NCBI GenBank assembly: GCA_973895155.1
Contig: OZ316897.1
Location: 12,399,375-12,463,374 of the forward strand
From: Marsupella aquatica
Lineage: Eukaryota > Plantae > Marchantiophyta
Direction: 5' to 3'
DNA length: 64,000 nt
In this document: positions 49,976-62,853 of the stretch, piece by piece
How positions within the stretch are numbered: position 1 is the first letter of the stretch
Layout of the letters: each line of letters opens with the position of its first letter
The notes under the pieces: model-generated
The model's input: the letters and a program-made list of their open reading frames with translations, nothing else
Told to the model about the DNA's origin: nothing
Databases searched by the model: none
Made by a program: the position numbers and the translations under genes

Positions 49976-51574
49976 TATGAGCGATGTTCAAGGGATCACC
50001 GATCCCTTGTTAACCTTCTAATAGCAGTAAATTGTCTGTGACTAATTCAAATCCCTTTCCTGAAAACTTCGCTTCCGCAGCATATCATAAATTGTGAACC
50101 ACTACACTGCGTCTCAATTTCGCCACAAAGAGGTCACATGACATCAAGCTCCGGTCGCAAAAGGTCTCCTTCTCAAATGCTATCCTAAGTCATCAGGTCT
50201 TGTGTCCCCATCGTCACAATCATCATCCCCGTATTCAATTTCGTAGGTGTCATTCGTAATGCTTCTACTGCCACAACCATTCGTGGATGAATTGCTCTCA
50301 TCTCATCACAGGAGCGACATCCCTCCCTGGACTTTGTTTCCCAAACCTTTTCGTTGCGCTCTCGATCTCTCTCTCTCTACAAGCCCCCGTCAGACACGAG
50401 AGACAGATTGATCACGGAGGAATTAATCATCGCAAGCACGCAGACAGAGGACAACTCCAGCCCTGCACTCCTCAACTGAGAGGAAAGATCGATCCACCGA
50501 ATTGGAGCATCACTTTCCCGGAGATCAAACACCACAAATGGATCCGAGCACGAACGATCTAAAAGAAAAAAATTATGGGGAAACGCAAGAGCCAAAAAGT
50601 GGGTTCTTTCCTGGAATTTGGCACCAGATCTTCCGCGTTTGACCACAGCTCGCCCATCAGAACCGACTAAAATGTGGCGTGGTCTCAGCTATTCCCTCCT
50701 TCCATTCTCTTTCTGCGAACTATCTTTGAGTGATCTGCAAGTCCTGTCGTGTGCGTTCTCGATTTGGGCAGGACATGAAGCACGAAAGAGAAAGCAAAAG
50801 CACAGAGTACTGCGTACATTGGGTGATTGGGTATCAGAAGTACAGAACGTATTATTATTCTCAGCTCATCAGACATCAGCTCACACTGCCTCAGTCCTTA
50901 CCGTTGATTTGCGCTCCAGCTGGGTTCGCAGCATTGGAGTTTTACACGACATGAATGAATGAAGTGTGGTGCGTTGTCAACGCTGGAGTGAGATCCGACT
51001 CAGTGATGTACGGCTATGAGGGCTCTCGAATTATTGTGTCGGTACAGCAGGACTGAAATTTTCTTCTTCTTTTGGGGAGGACGAAGAGAAAGAGGAGTTT
51101 CCAGACTTCCGTGTGTCCCAATCTTTTAATTCCGAAGCAAGAGAGCGAAACTCAAAAGGTGCTCTGAGTCTCGTGTCTACTGGAGTCCATCAACCATATC
51201 CTTTTTATCCTTTTTTTTCGTTTGGATCTCACCTTTCGAAATTGGATCCTCCATATTTGCCAAAAAGAGCCTGAATGCCCGTTTTTTGCCCGTTTTTTGA
51301 ATGATGACAAAAAACATCATCCATTTTCACATACTTTAATACCTTTCCTATTTTTCCCTTTTGCATTTTTCCTGGGCATTTGTATGTTTCTGGGCATTCT
51401 GGATTGGAGCATAATGCCCTGGTCAAGATCTTCATCAACTATTTAGGAAGATTCTCTTCTACTTTTACTAAAATTAGAAACAACAAAGATCTCTCATGCC
51501 ATGCTAAGGCCCTCTATGAGGAGCATTGCAGGCAATAATAGCCATGAAGCTCTTGCTTTGGGAAGCATTATATC

Positions 51575-51982
51575 CTCGGTTTGGACTTGTCGGACAAATA
51601 AGGGGTCTAGACCCCAACAAATGACATTTGTCACACCCGGTTGTCCCGGCCCCGGCCCCGGTCAGCCCACACCCCGCCCCGACCCTGACCGGCCCCGACC
51701 TGTCCCAGCCTGACCCTGGCCTGTCCTGCCCCCCCCCCCCCGCCCCGACCTTACCCTGCCCTGACGCGGCCCCAACCCTGCCCGGCCCGGACCCTGAAAC
51801 CAAGGGAGTCCGGGATCGTGCCGGGAGGGTATGGGAGAGTTCAGGGCCAGGAGGGGGTCGGGAAAGTTCGGGGCCAGCCGGGGAATGTTGTCAAATATGC
51901 GACAAATGACCCCTTTTGGAGCCGACAAATGACAAGTTGTCGTGTCCAACAACATGAAACTTGTCCGTCAGTTCAAACGGGG
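51575..51982. mobile_element. Non-autonomous hAT-type MITE (408 bp) with 8-bp TSD
   Basis: TSD ATTATATC at 51567-51574 and 51983-51990. Imperfect TIRs: CTCGGTTTGGACTTGTCGGACAA versus reverse complement CCCCGTTTGAACTGACGGACAA. C-rich then G-rich core with CCCGG motifs. The superfamily is inferred from TSD length, which could read 7-10 bp. Confidence 0.75.
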
Positions 51983-54965
51983 ATTATATCCTATAATGCC
52001 CTCGGGACAGGACTTTAACATCATGTACATAATATTATTTTCAGAGTCACAATCTAGAGGCTTCACTCTAGACACCTAGACCCCAACTCTACTTCACATT
52101 GTGATTAGTTATATAGAAGCTCCAGTAATAGAGCATCTCAAACCTCTTAGTTCTGGTTCTGGTCACGGTCACATAGGTTTTCCCTGATATAAATCTGCAA
52201 ACTCATGTGGTTTTATACTTATGACCAGAGTCCAAAATTTGTACTTTTGGGCCGGGGATCTTTTCCCGGCCCTTTAGGTTAGAGATGCCCCAATAGAAAT
52301 TTCTCCATGGATTCCAAAATATATGCTCAATTCAAATTTCTCAACCCAGATGGACCATGGCTATACCCTCTGTTCTGCTCATACCATACATACTAATCTC
52401 TAACCAAAGCTACATGGTGACAAACAAATTGAACAATATGGTTTGTGAATAGCTTTTACAATACAGTGGACACTCTAGGTCTCTCAACTAGCGCAATGTC
52501 TATGCTCTGCAAAATATTGTTGATAGTAAGTGATCTTGAGCTTTAATGTTGTCAAACATAAACTGTTAGAATGATGCCCAGACACTTGGATGCTACAGGT
52601 GGTCAACTAGTATCATGTCTGACAATTAGAATTCATGCAAGGAATGTGCAAGTTGCGAGGACTATAAGTTAGGCCAATATCATGGCTAGGAGAAAATGAC
52701 ACCATAACCAAATGGCCAGGGAGGCTTCCGGCCAAAATGAGAATTCATAAACAAACCATGAAAAAGAAAGAATGGGATTGTATACTACAGTGTGTAGATG
52801 TTCATCATAGAACTTGCTTGCTTCAGTATTTTGTCCTGTAACAAATCAAAATTATTATATTTTAATGCTACAAATTAAAAAATTCATTAAGGGAACAATA
52901 AGGTTTTTAATTAGATGTATTAAAAGTAGGGACACTTTGAGAGTTATATTGATATGTGAAAGTATTTAATAATTAATGTTGAGAAGTACTCATAACTATT
53001 GTGTGATGGATGAAACTAAAGCCCAGATGGACCTCCACATGATTGTCTATGAAGCCCAGATGGACTTGCTCAGAACATTCCAATTGACTCAGATAACATT
53101 GTTTACACTTATGACTGAAATATGACCTATAAACAGTCTTATTACCGTTTGTAGCCGGTGTCAGATAGGTAACCAAACCCGTCTCCTCGATAACTTGACA
53201 ATTAAACATGAAAGACATCATGCCATTGCTGAGGAACATTAGTTTTCAGTTGACCCACATGAAATTTTCCTAGTGAAATCATGATCTAGCATATTTGACC
53301 ATCTTTGTGTTCACTGGGAATGGAGCAAATGATCTCAAAAGGGTCTTAAAATTTGTTACAGACAAAATTCGACATGAAGACCATGATAGAAATATTTCAG
53401 CTTAAACTGAGATCCAGGAGTAGTTCAAATAATTTGACCATATGCCAAATTCAAAGGTAAAGTTTAATTATGTAAGTTGCAAACAGTTGACAATTTTGAC
53501 AACCCTGTCGAGTAAATCATGAAGACGTCACGCACATTTTGAAAATGTACTATGTGCTATTTGCCTGATTACAGGAATCATTTAGTTTCACAAAGAGATC
53601 TTGTACGTCCAACCTTTGATCTTGTGAAATAACATAGGTGTCTCCTTTGCTTCAGCATTATTGTTCCTATTTGATGCCAAAGATGATGCTCGTTGGGATC
53701 AAGTAGGTTCACTCCTGGTAGATAATTTTGGATCTCCATAGATTGACAAACTTTGCGTTTGTCCTTGCATGGTGGGCCGAGAGAGTAGAGAAGATTGCCC
53801 GCTACTTCCTCTTTAAGTAATAGACCAAGGAGGGGATAGTCAAGATAATTCTCCTCTGGTAGTTGACCGAGTGACACGTCAAGCAATGAAGTTGTTATAT
53901 GCATCAATATTCATTATGTCTTTATTGACTCTTTCTCCCTCCTTTCCTTTGCTCTGCTCCTCCTCTCACTAAGCGGGTTAACTATCCAAAATCTTAGGAA
54001 CCACGACCAATCCAAAATAGGTATTGTTGATAAAAATTAACTGTTTTTTTAGATGTACGAGGCAAAAGAAGGTATTATAATTTGGCCAATAAACTCATGT
54101 TTATAGAATTTCTCTAATATATATCTTTTATAAAGTAAAATAGATCATTCATATTAAAAATAGAGATATTCTTGGAATATTTTTGTTATAAAATATGTGT
54201 ATTTATATTAGGCTAGGATCGCACATGGTACCCCAAAATATACACTAAGTTAACCCCTCAAGCTCCTCCTCCGTTTGCTTTTCTTGCTTCTCCTTTGTTC
54301 ACTTTCCCTGCAAGGGTTCTTTGTGAGTAAACTCTTTCTCTCTATCAACTCCCTCTTTGAATTGCACACCAGTTTTGTGACAACGCCTCAATCATTGTGG
54401 GCATTTTGTTAGGGCTCGTTTGACCATAAGCAAAGACGATGGCTATTGTTGGGAAAACATGCACGATACCACCATGATCATAACCAACAAGCATGCACAC
54501 ATCAACACCAAGAGATATATGGTTCACTTCCACCGAGGCTACATCCACGAGAACACACAAGAGCTTTACTAAGCTTTGGCCACCATGGTCATACAAAGCC
54601 TCCTTGTACAAGCTCTTCTCCTAGCACCTAGCTAGTTCCCTCAACAATGAGCATGAGTCTCCAAGAAGAACTCTCCCTAACCCCTCTATATGCTAGATGC
54701 AAGAGTCACGGCTAATAACCATTACACCCCAAGGGCGATTTAGCCTAAGTAACTAGAAGTTAACCCAAGACTAGAGTTAACCCTAACAGTTACCAATGTG
54801 TGAGCACTCGTTTGCAGATGGCAAAATAGAAAAGGAAGGTCATGAGATTGTGAAATAAAACTCACATTTCAATCAGGCGAGGAAAGAGAAAGCATGTCCT
54901 TTGCACTCTCCTAGTACACAGTACGCACACTCTATTGGGCAATCCACTCCAAGAACTGTAAGGAA

Positions 54966-55109
54966 ATACCTACTTACATCACAAGCAGAGATCTTAATTG
55001 CTTACTCAATGCTCTTATACTCCACCCCACAAAGTGTCAAGCAATACCTACATACATAACGAGGAGAGACCTTAATTGCTTACTCAATGCTCTGATACTC
55101 CACCCCACA
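54966..55109. repeat. Tandem duplication, ~77-bp period
   Basis: AATACCTAC...CTTAATTGCTTACTCAATGCTCT.ATACTCCACCCCACA occurs twice. Confidence 0.8.
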
Positions 55110-56356
55110 TGCTGATATTGTGCATAGATGTGCGCCATTTAGGTCGGGTACATCTATTTTCTTTGCTCCCAATTCACAATACTCAATACAATAAATGTCA
55201 TACACACGTACATATGTTTTTGAAGCAAACATTAGTATATCGGCCAGAACAAAGCTTTAGCTGCCAGTGGTGCGAACCTCACAACATTGCATAGAAGCAC
55301 ATCATTGAAAAGCTAGGAGACTCATCAAAAGAGTAAAATGCAGGATACATTAGACCCGCCAGGTAGAGCATGGTTGTAAGCAACGGTGTGATCATCTGGG
55401 CGCTCCAAGTCTTCAACACTCCCTTTGTCAATTCCTTGGTGCTCAATGCCCTAAGTCGCCCTTGTGGCAAAAAGTTTTTCTTCAACTTGATCTGCCCGTC
55501 TTGCTGTTGCTCGTCATTGGTGTTGTAGTTGCCTGCCGCCGTGAAGCTCATTGCCTTCTCGTGTATGTCGGACACCTTGTTCTTCACTCTCTGCAGGCTG
55601 TTAACTTTGTCTACGGTCAATTTAACAGCTCAAGTTAGAAAGATAATGTTACAAAAAAAACAACCATAGTTGGCTGACAAGATGGAATGGATCAACATGG
55701 CTTTTATGCCCATGGTTGTACATAGTTTCTTTTAAACTACAGATGCCATTCACAAACAAACGGTTTTGCAACACTGACCAGTGGTATAATTCATCATTGT
55801 CATATATCAAGCCATGTCTCTCCAACTTGCCTTTCTGTCAGCTGATGGTAATATATGGCACCACATAACCTATCAAAATTCAGATAACCTCCACCCGTTT
55901 CCTTGTTGGTGAGGAGATATACACTTGTCTAGTGACATAATGATGTCAAAATTGATATCTTGAAGAGTTCAGATAGTAACATAATAGCAGTTTCCGCCTG
56001 CACCCATTTCCTCATTTTTAGGAGATACACACACCGACATACTGCAACACTACTGCAATCAATTTCCTACACACCATCAAACTACTCTTGCAGTGAGGAA
56101 GACCTAAGACCTGCTAAAAGGAAACGTCATACAAAAGGCACAAGCTAAAGTTTGTCACCTTCACAAATGGCCAGGATTTGACAGATAGTGAAGCATCTCC
56201 TCATGCAATTTTCCAATGACAGCTCCCCATTGCGAACCAAAACACTTTACAAAACCAACCCAAGACTAACATATGAAACCCACATAAAACAGTCTAAAAG
56301 CTTCATGAGTAAAGTTTGTGACAACTTGACAATTTTCTTAAGTGATGGGCTTAAAC

Positions 56357-56777
56357 TATTGGGTATTTACTCTTACGTCTAGGTTAGGTATGACGTGGTT
56401 GGTACAACAACGTGGGTTGGTACAACTACGTGGTTAGGTACAACTACGTGATTAGGTACAACTATGTGGTTAGGTACAACTACGTGATTAGGTACAACTA
56501 TGTGGTTAGGTACAACTAAGTTGCACACTATATCATAAGAGGCATGTGTGCTTGGAGAGGTAGAACCAAGGCTCATTGTTATGGAGCCACTTGAGAGATA
56601 GGGAGAGCTTACACTGTGGAGACTCGGTATAGCCGACGGGTTTAGAGTTCAGTAAAGCTCTCTTGTGTGTTCCCGTGGACGTAGCCTCAAGGAGGTGAAC
56701 CACGTATCTCTTGTGTCGACTATTGTGCGTTGGATGGTTCATGGGCTTGCCGTTGCGATCGTCGTCTATGCTCAACA
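56357..56777 (+). repeat. 5' LTR (begins TA instead of TG; ends CA) containing about 7 copies of an 18-bp repeat
   Basis: Near-identical to 62433-62853; GGTACAACTACGTGGTTA array at ~56392-56520. Confidence 0.96.
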
Positions 56778-58110
56778 ATTGGTATCAGAGCATGCTTGGG
56801 AGGTGACGTGTGTTCGTGACGGGATTTCATGACGGTTTTTTCCAGCGTTGAGTGTTGGTGGATTTTCCAGAGTTCCATCGCATGGAACTTGGAGTTTATG
56901 GGCTCAACGGATAGATCAGGGCAAGAGCTTTCTAACGGTGTGAAGAAATCGTTGAACGGAGCTCGTGGTGCAGAGAGATCTAAGTTTTCGTCATTCTGGA
57001 TTTTGTGAAGAAAGTTGGCAATCGACTCGGAGGGAGAAGCGTCAAGTGTTTTGACTCAACGGAGAGATTGAGGCAAGACGATTGTTTTTGAGTCCGGGAT
57101 TGGCTCTTTGATGCAAAGAGGAAGGCTAAGCAAAATCAATTACCTTGTTGGACTTGGTGACGGCACCAAGTGCAATTGATCAACATTCGTTGTTGACAAG
57201 GTACCATTTTTTTCTCTTTGAAAAACTGATTCGAAATTGGCTATGGCAATTGAGAGAAATCTGTCATCTTTACCAATTTTTTTCTCCCTCGTTCTTTCCT
57301 CGTTTTGGGTGCTTCTTATATCGATCTTCATCGCCTCGGAGTCTAGTTTCCAAATCTGAAATCGGATCTTGATTTCGTCAAAACCCGAGTGAGATATCTT
57401 GCGTTTGGTGTCGAGGGGTACATTCTGCCGTGTGTATTTTCTGCGCGCACGACCAGATTTCGACGACGAAGGGTGGTAGGGGGTTTTGGGGGTTCGAGGA
57501 CACATGTCAGCCCCTCGATTGTTCTTCCAAAATTCCCACAGGGCCTGTACAAGGGTCATAGAATATTCCAAAAAACCAGAGAGCTATTTTTTGACCGTCC
57601 GACAAAGATTTCATCCACCGAACGGTAACTTTTTTGGTTATTTTTCGGCGAGGTCGTAGCCATTGAAGTTGGCAATGCAGCGCACCAATCACATCGCAAT
57701 TCCGACAACGGGTTGTACTTGGTATTTCGGTTATTCCCTGAGGTGGTCAAAACGGGGGAGTTTCCCAAGGTTTTACCCACCTCGACCGAAATTTGAATAA
57801 CTTTTCCGTCAAATTTCAATTTTGATTTTGGTTTTCAGTATTGGACTCCTAGCTTTGTGGGCTACGCGGCGGTGTTGAGTTTCGAGTTTTTTGAGAAGTT
57901 GTGAAAAACAACATTTTTTGTGACTTTCTCATATGAGTGATTCGGAGGAGTTTTTTCGAAGACGTGGAACTTGAAGCACGAGGATCACCGCGGAGGTTTC
58001 AGGGGCAGAGAGAGGAGCAGAAGGAAGAGCACGTGACACCGATACCATCACTGGTGCGGCGTGTGGTGGAGGAAGCAGTACTACTACCGGAGCTCACGGT
58101 AAAGAAGAAG

Positions 58111-58968
58111 ATGGGGACTTTCAAGCTTGGGGGACCCAAGTATGAAGTGACAAAGTATGATGGGCGCTCTGACTACTTGCTATGGGAGAAGCAGGTGAAG
58201 GGAGTGCTTTATGCGTCAGGGATGGGCCAACTGCTGAGCCCTCGTGAAGACGATGTTGATGAGAAACAATGGGACCGCATGCAGGAGCAGGGAGTGTGGT
58301 GTGTTACACTCTATCTCATGCCTCCCATCATCAAGCAGTTAGGTGCACATAAGGATTGCATGTCCTTGTTTGCGGAATTGCAGAGCAAGTATCACCGCAA
58401 GGAGTTGTCGAACCGGCTCTACACTTCCTACAAACTGATGAGTTTCAGGATGAAGGAATCTGGTACGAAGTTGCAAGACCATGTGGATGCTTTCAACGAC
58501 ATGGTCGTTGACTTGGAAAACCTTGGGGAGACTTTGAATGATGAGACGAAGGCTCTGCAGCTTCTTAGTTCATTGCCTCCATCTTACCAGTCCCTATCAC
58601 GAGTGTTGTTGCATCGTGATAGGGATACCATTTCATACAATGACGTGGTAAGTTCTCTGCTTAGTGATGATCTTCAGCAGAAGATGCACATCACGTCACA
58701 ACCTTCATCATCTGGTGCTGCCCTCAATGTTAACCGTGGGAGGAGTATGCAGCGACCAACTGGGGACCGTAGAACCCAGTTTAGATCTAAATCCAGATCT
58801 AAGTCCAAGGGTAAATCCCCTCAGAGGAGGCAGGTGACATGTTGGAAGTGCAACCAAGTTGGACACTTCAAGCGAGACTGTAAGGGAAAGGCAGCGGAAA
58901 CTTCATCGGCAAATGTGGCTAGGGCTGATGGAGAAGCTGATTTACTCAATGATGAGTATGTTTTATGA
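58111..58968 (+). CDS. gag: Copia Gag with CCHC zinc knuckle
   Basis: First in-frame ATG at 58111 (frame open from 57937). Motifs KYDGRSDYLLWEKQV, LLSSLPPSY, CWKCNQVGHFKRDC; ends at TGA 58966-58968. Confidence 0.88.
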   Translation: MGTFKLGGPKYEVTKYDGRSDYLLWEKQVKGVLYASGMGQLLSPREDDVDEKQWDRMQEQGVWCVTLYLMPPIIKQLGAHKDCMSLFAELQSKYHRKELSNRLYTSYKLMSFRMKESGTKLQDHVDAFNDMVVDLENLGETLNDETKALQLLSSLPPSYQSLSRVLLHRDRDTISYNDVVSSLLSDDLQQKMHITSQPSSSGAALNVNRGRSMQRPTGDRRTQFRSKSRSKSKGKSPQRRQVTCWKCNQVGHFKRDCKGKAAETSSANVARADGEADLLNDEYVL

Positions 58969-61900
58969 AGCCGGGGGTATGCCCTGTGCACGTCATCTAG
59001 GAGAGCAGATGATGTGTGGATTCTTGATTGTGCTTGCTCTTTTCATATTTGTTACATTCGTGAGTTTTTCAGTTCTTACTCTGTTTCAAACGGTTCAGTT
59101 CTGATGGGAAATGATCACTCCTGTCAAATTGAGGGAATTGGGTCTGTGAAGATTCAAATGTTTGATGGCGCTGTGCGCATAGTGTCCGGAGTCAGGTATG
59201 TACCTGGCATGCGTAAGAATCTGATTTCACTCGGTGTGTTGGATTCAAATGGTCATCAATGGAGCGTTATTGATGGTGAACTTCAAGTCAGGTCGGGAGA
59301 GACAGTGATTTTGAAGGGGAGTAGACAAAAGAATTTGTATGTGTTACAGGGCAATACTGTATGTGGAGAGGCCAATGTAACCAAGTCTCACGAGGAGATG
59401 ACTCAACTGTGGCATTCACGGCTAGGCCACATGAGTGAGAAGGGTTTGGCTATCTTACGGAAGAATGGACTCATTTCTGATTTGCAATCTTGTAAATTAG
59501 AGTTTTGTGAGCATTGCATTCTTGGAAAGCAGCATCGTCGTGCTTTTGGTGTTGGAACTCATCGTTCCAAAGCGGTTCTTGAGTACATACATAGTGACGT
59601 GTGGGGTCCATCCCCGACTCCCTCACACTCTGGAAAGTTGTACTATGTATCATTTATTGATGATTACTCAAGATTTGTATGGATTTATTTCATGACGCAT
59701 AAGTCTGATGTCTTGTCCATTTTTAAGAAGTGGAAGGCCCAGGTGGAGAATCAGACTGGAAACACGATCAAGTGTTTGGATACAAGGGTGAAGAGTCTGA
59801 GGTCAGACAACGGCGGGGAGTACACTTCAATGGAATTTGAAGAGTACTGTTCAGAACAGGGGATAACTCGCCATCTCACCACAGTTTATACTCCGCAGCA
59901 GAATGGTGTCGCTGAGAGGCTCAATCGGACACTGTTGGAGCGGTCACGGAGTATGTTGAGCCAATCAGGTTTACCACAAGAATTTTGGGCAGAAGCTGTC
60001 AATACCGCAGCTTATTTGGTAAATCTTTCTCCTTCTAGTGCTATCAATTTCAAAACGCCGTTTGAGATGCGCTATAAGCGGCAAGCAGACTATCATGGCT
60101 TGGTAATTTTTGGAAGTGATGCATATGCTCTCACACCAAAGCAGAATAGGACCAAGTTGGATCCTACCTCCAGGAAATGTGTTTTTCTTGGGTACCAGAG
60201 TGGTGTGAAAGCCTATAGGCTATGGGATCCTATTGCCTGTAAGCTCGTTGTCAGTAGGGATGTTTCCTTCAATGAATCCAGATTATTGAAGGAGGGGGAG
60301 AATACTCAGGTCTCCCGTACTGACAAAGGAAAATCTCCTATCCCGAATCTCGTTGAGGGGGAGATTGGTTATGAGGTGCATGACCGGAGAGAAGGAGTTG
60401 CTCCAATTATGGAGCTGGTTCCTATGCCAGAGGAACCAGAGGAGTTTGTTGATGCTGGTGAGCAACAAGTGGATGCTGTTGAGCTTCAAATTGTACCAGC
60501 ACACGCAGATCAACCGGAGTCATCGGCTAGAAGAACATCTGGTCGCACTGTACGCGCTCCATCAAGGTATGGACAGTGGGTTGATTCATCTCAACTGCAA
60601 GAGGATGATTTTACAGCTGATGATGAGGGTGATGCGTTAATTTTGGAAGAAGGAGAACCTTCTTCATTTCATGAGGCAAGTGCTTCAAAAGAGAAGCAGA
60701 AGTGGACTGCAGCAATGCAAACGGAGATGCAGTCACTAAAGGACAACAAAACTTGGGAGCTTGTTAAGCTGCCTAAGGGTCAGCAAGTGGTGGACAGCAA
60801 GTGGATTTACAAGCTGAAGGATAATTCCATAGGAGGTGGATCGAAGGTCTACAAGGCTAGATTGGTAGCAAAGGGATTCACACAAGAGAAAGGTGTGGAT
60901 TACAATGAGGTCTTCTCACCAGTTGCTAAGTACTCTACAATACGACTATTGTGTGTACTTGTTGTAATGTTTGGTCTGCTCCTAGATCAGATGGATGTTG
61001 TCACAGCTTTCCTCTATGGCACATTGGAAGAGGTGATCTTCATGAGACAACCGCTAGGTTTTGTGAAGAGAGGACAGGAGGAATTGGTTTGCAGATTGCT
61101 GAAATCCTTGTATGGGTTGAAGCAGTCACCAAGATAGTGGAACAAGCGGTTTGACGATTGGATTCGGTCACAAGGTTTTCACAGAAGTGTATTTGACCCT
61201 TGTGTGTATTTGAAACCGGTGAAGAATGTTGTCTTTGGGTTCATTGTTTTAGTACTTTATGTGGATGACATGCTAATTGCAGCCAAGGATAGGTCTGAGA
61301 TTGTTAAGCTCAAGGCACTGCTTAGTGCAGAGTTTAAGATGAAGGACTTAGGGCCAGCTAAGAGGATTTTGGGTATGGAGATCACTAGGGACTTGGAGGC
61401 TGGCAAGCTATGGTTGACGCAAAGCAGTTATGCGATGAAGGTAATTGCAAGGTTCAACATGGAGAATAGCAAGCCAGTAAGTACCCCGTTGGCTCCACAC
61501 TTCAAGTTATCATCAGCGTTCTGTCCTACGGATGACACAGAGAAGGGGTTGATGTCAAAGGTTCCATATGACAAGGCAGTGGGGAGTCTCATGTATTTGA
61601 TGACTTGCACTAGACCTGATCTTGCCATGGCTATGGGCAAGGTGAGCAGGTACATGTCGAATCCAGGGAAGGTACACTGGGAAGCAGTGAAGTGGATTAT
61701 CAGGTACTTGAAGGGTACCGTGGATCATGGTCTTTTATTTGATGCGAATGCAAAGAATGCTAGATCATTGATTGGCTATGTAGATTCTGACTATGGACAA
61801 GATTTGGACCGAAGGAGATCAACAACAGGATACGTGTTCACACTTGGCGGTGGATGCATAAGTTGGAGGTCTACTTTGCAGAAGTGTATTGCTCAGTCTA

Positions 61901-62241
61901 CTACAGAAGCGGAGTATGTTGCAGCTGCGGAAGCAGCAAAGGAAGCGATTTGGTTGGATAGACTTATCACTGAAATGGGATTGCCACAGGGGAATGTGAA
62001 GCTCCATTGTGATAGTCAAAGTGCGCTCCACCTTGCTGTGAACCAGGTGATGGACAGCAGAGTGAAGCACATTGACGTCAGGTACCATTTTATCAGGCAG
62101 GCTGTGTCTGATAATTTGTTTGAGCTAGTCAAGATTGATGGTAAACTCAACCCGACTGACGCATTTACCAAAGTGATTCCTTTGGAGAGTTTCTCTAGAC
62201 ACCATGACGTATTGCAGGTTTTGCAATTGCATCACAAGTAG
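58969..62241 (+). pseudogene. pol: Copia Pol (protease, integrase, RT, RNase H) in the gag frame, interrupted by one nonsense codon
   Basis: Motifs WILDCACSFH (PR); WHSRLGH...CEHC, SDNGGEY and QQNGVAER (INT); KARLVAKG and YVDD (RT); ELVKI and KHIDVRYHF (RH). TAG at 61135-61137 falls in LKQSPR*WNKRFD, where the consensus has Q (CAG>TAG). Confidence 0.9.
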
Positions 62242-62432
62242 AGTTTTCTTAAACATTCATTGTAATTACTGATATATGCTCTTCCTCATTCCTATGTATT
62301 AGGCTACGGCTTAGTTCTGGTTTGCTCTAGTTAGAGAGGGAAACCGGTTTGGTTTCTGTCCAGAACTTCCCGCTGAGGGATCATATACATTGGCAGTATT
62401 ACTCTCCCCTAGACCAGAGTCAAGGGGAAGAT

Positions 62433-62853
62433 TGTTGGGTATTTACTCTTACGTCTAGGTTAGGTATGACGTGGTTGGTACAACAACGTGGGTTGGTACA
62501 ACTACGTGGTTAGGTACAACTACGTGATTAGGTACAACTATGTGGTTAGGTACAACTACGTGATTAGGTACAACTATGTGGTTAGGTACAACTAAGTTGC
62601 ACACTATATCATAAGAGGCATGTGTGCTTGGAGAGGTAGAACCAAGGCTCATTGTTATGGAGCCACTTGAGAGATAGGGAGAGCTTACACTGTGGAGACT
62701 CGATATAGCCGACGGGCTTAGAGTTCAGTAAAGCTCTCTTGTGTGTTCCCGTGGACGTAGCCTCAAGGAGGTGAACCACGTATCTCTTGTGTCGACTATT
62801 GTGCGTTGGATGGTTCATGGGCTTGCCGTTGCGATCGTCGTCTATGCTCAACA
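62433..62853 (+). repeat. 3' LTR (TG...CA)
   Basis: TGTTGGG...CTCAACA followed by TSD TAAAC. Confidence 0.96.

Larger units (their letters stand above)
56357..62853 (+). mobile_element. Full-length Ty1/copia LTR retrotransposon, recent insertion
   Basis: LTRs at 56357-56777 and 62433-62853 (421 bp, 3 transition differences); TSD TAAAC at 56352-56356 and 62854-62858; PBS TGGTATCAGAGC (tRNA-iMet) at 56780-56791; PPT AAGGGGAAGAT before the 3' LTR; domain order gag-PR-INT-RT-RH. Confidence 0.98.

Noticed and set aside
56379-56576. Repetitive antisense ORF (VVPNH repeats), also at 62455-62652
   Set aside because: By-product of the 18-bp LTR tandem repeat.
57140-57571. 143-aa antisense ORF in the retrotransposon leader
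   Set aside because: Non-ATG start, no recognisable motif, and a length compatible with chance.
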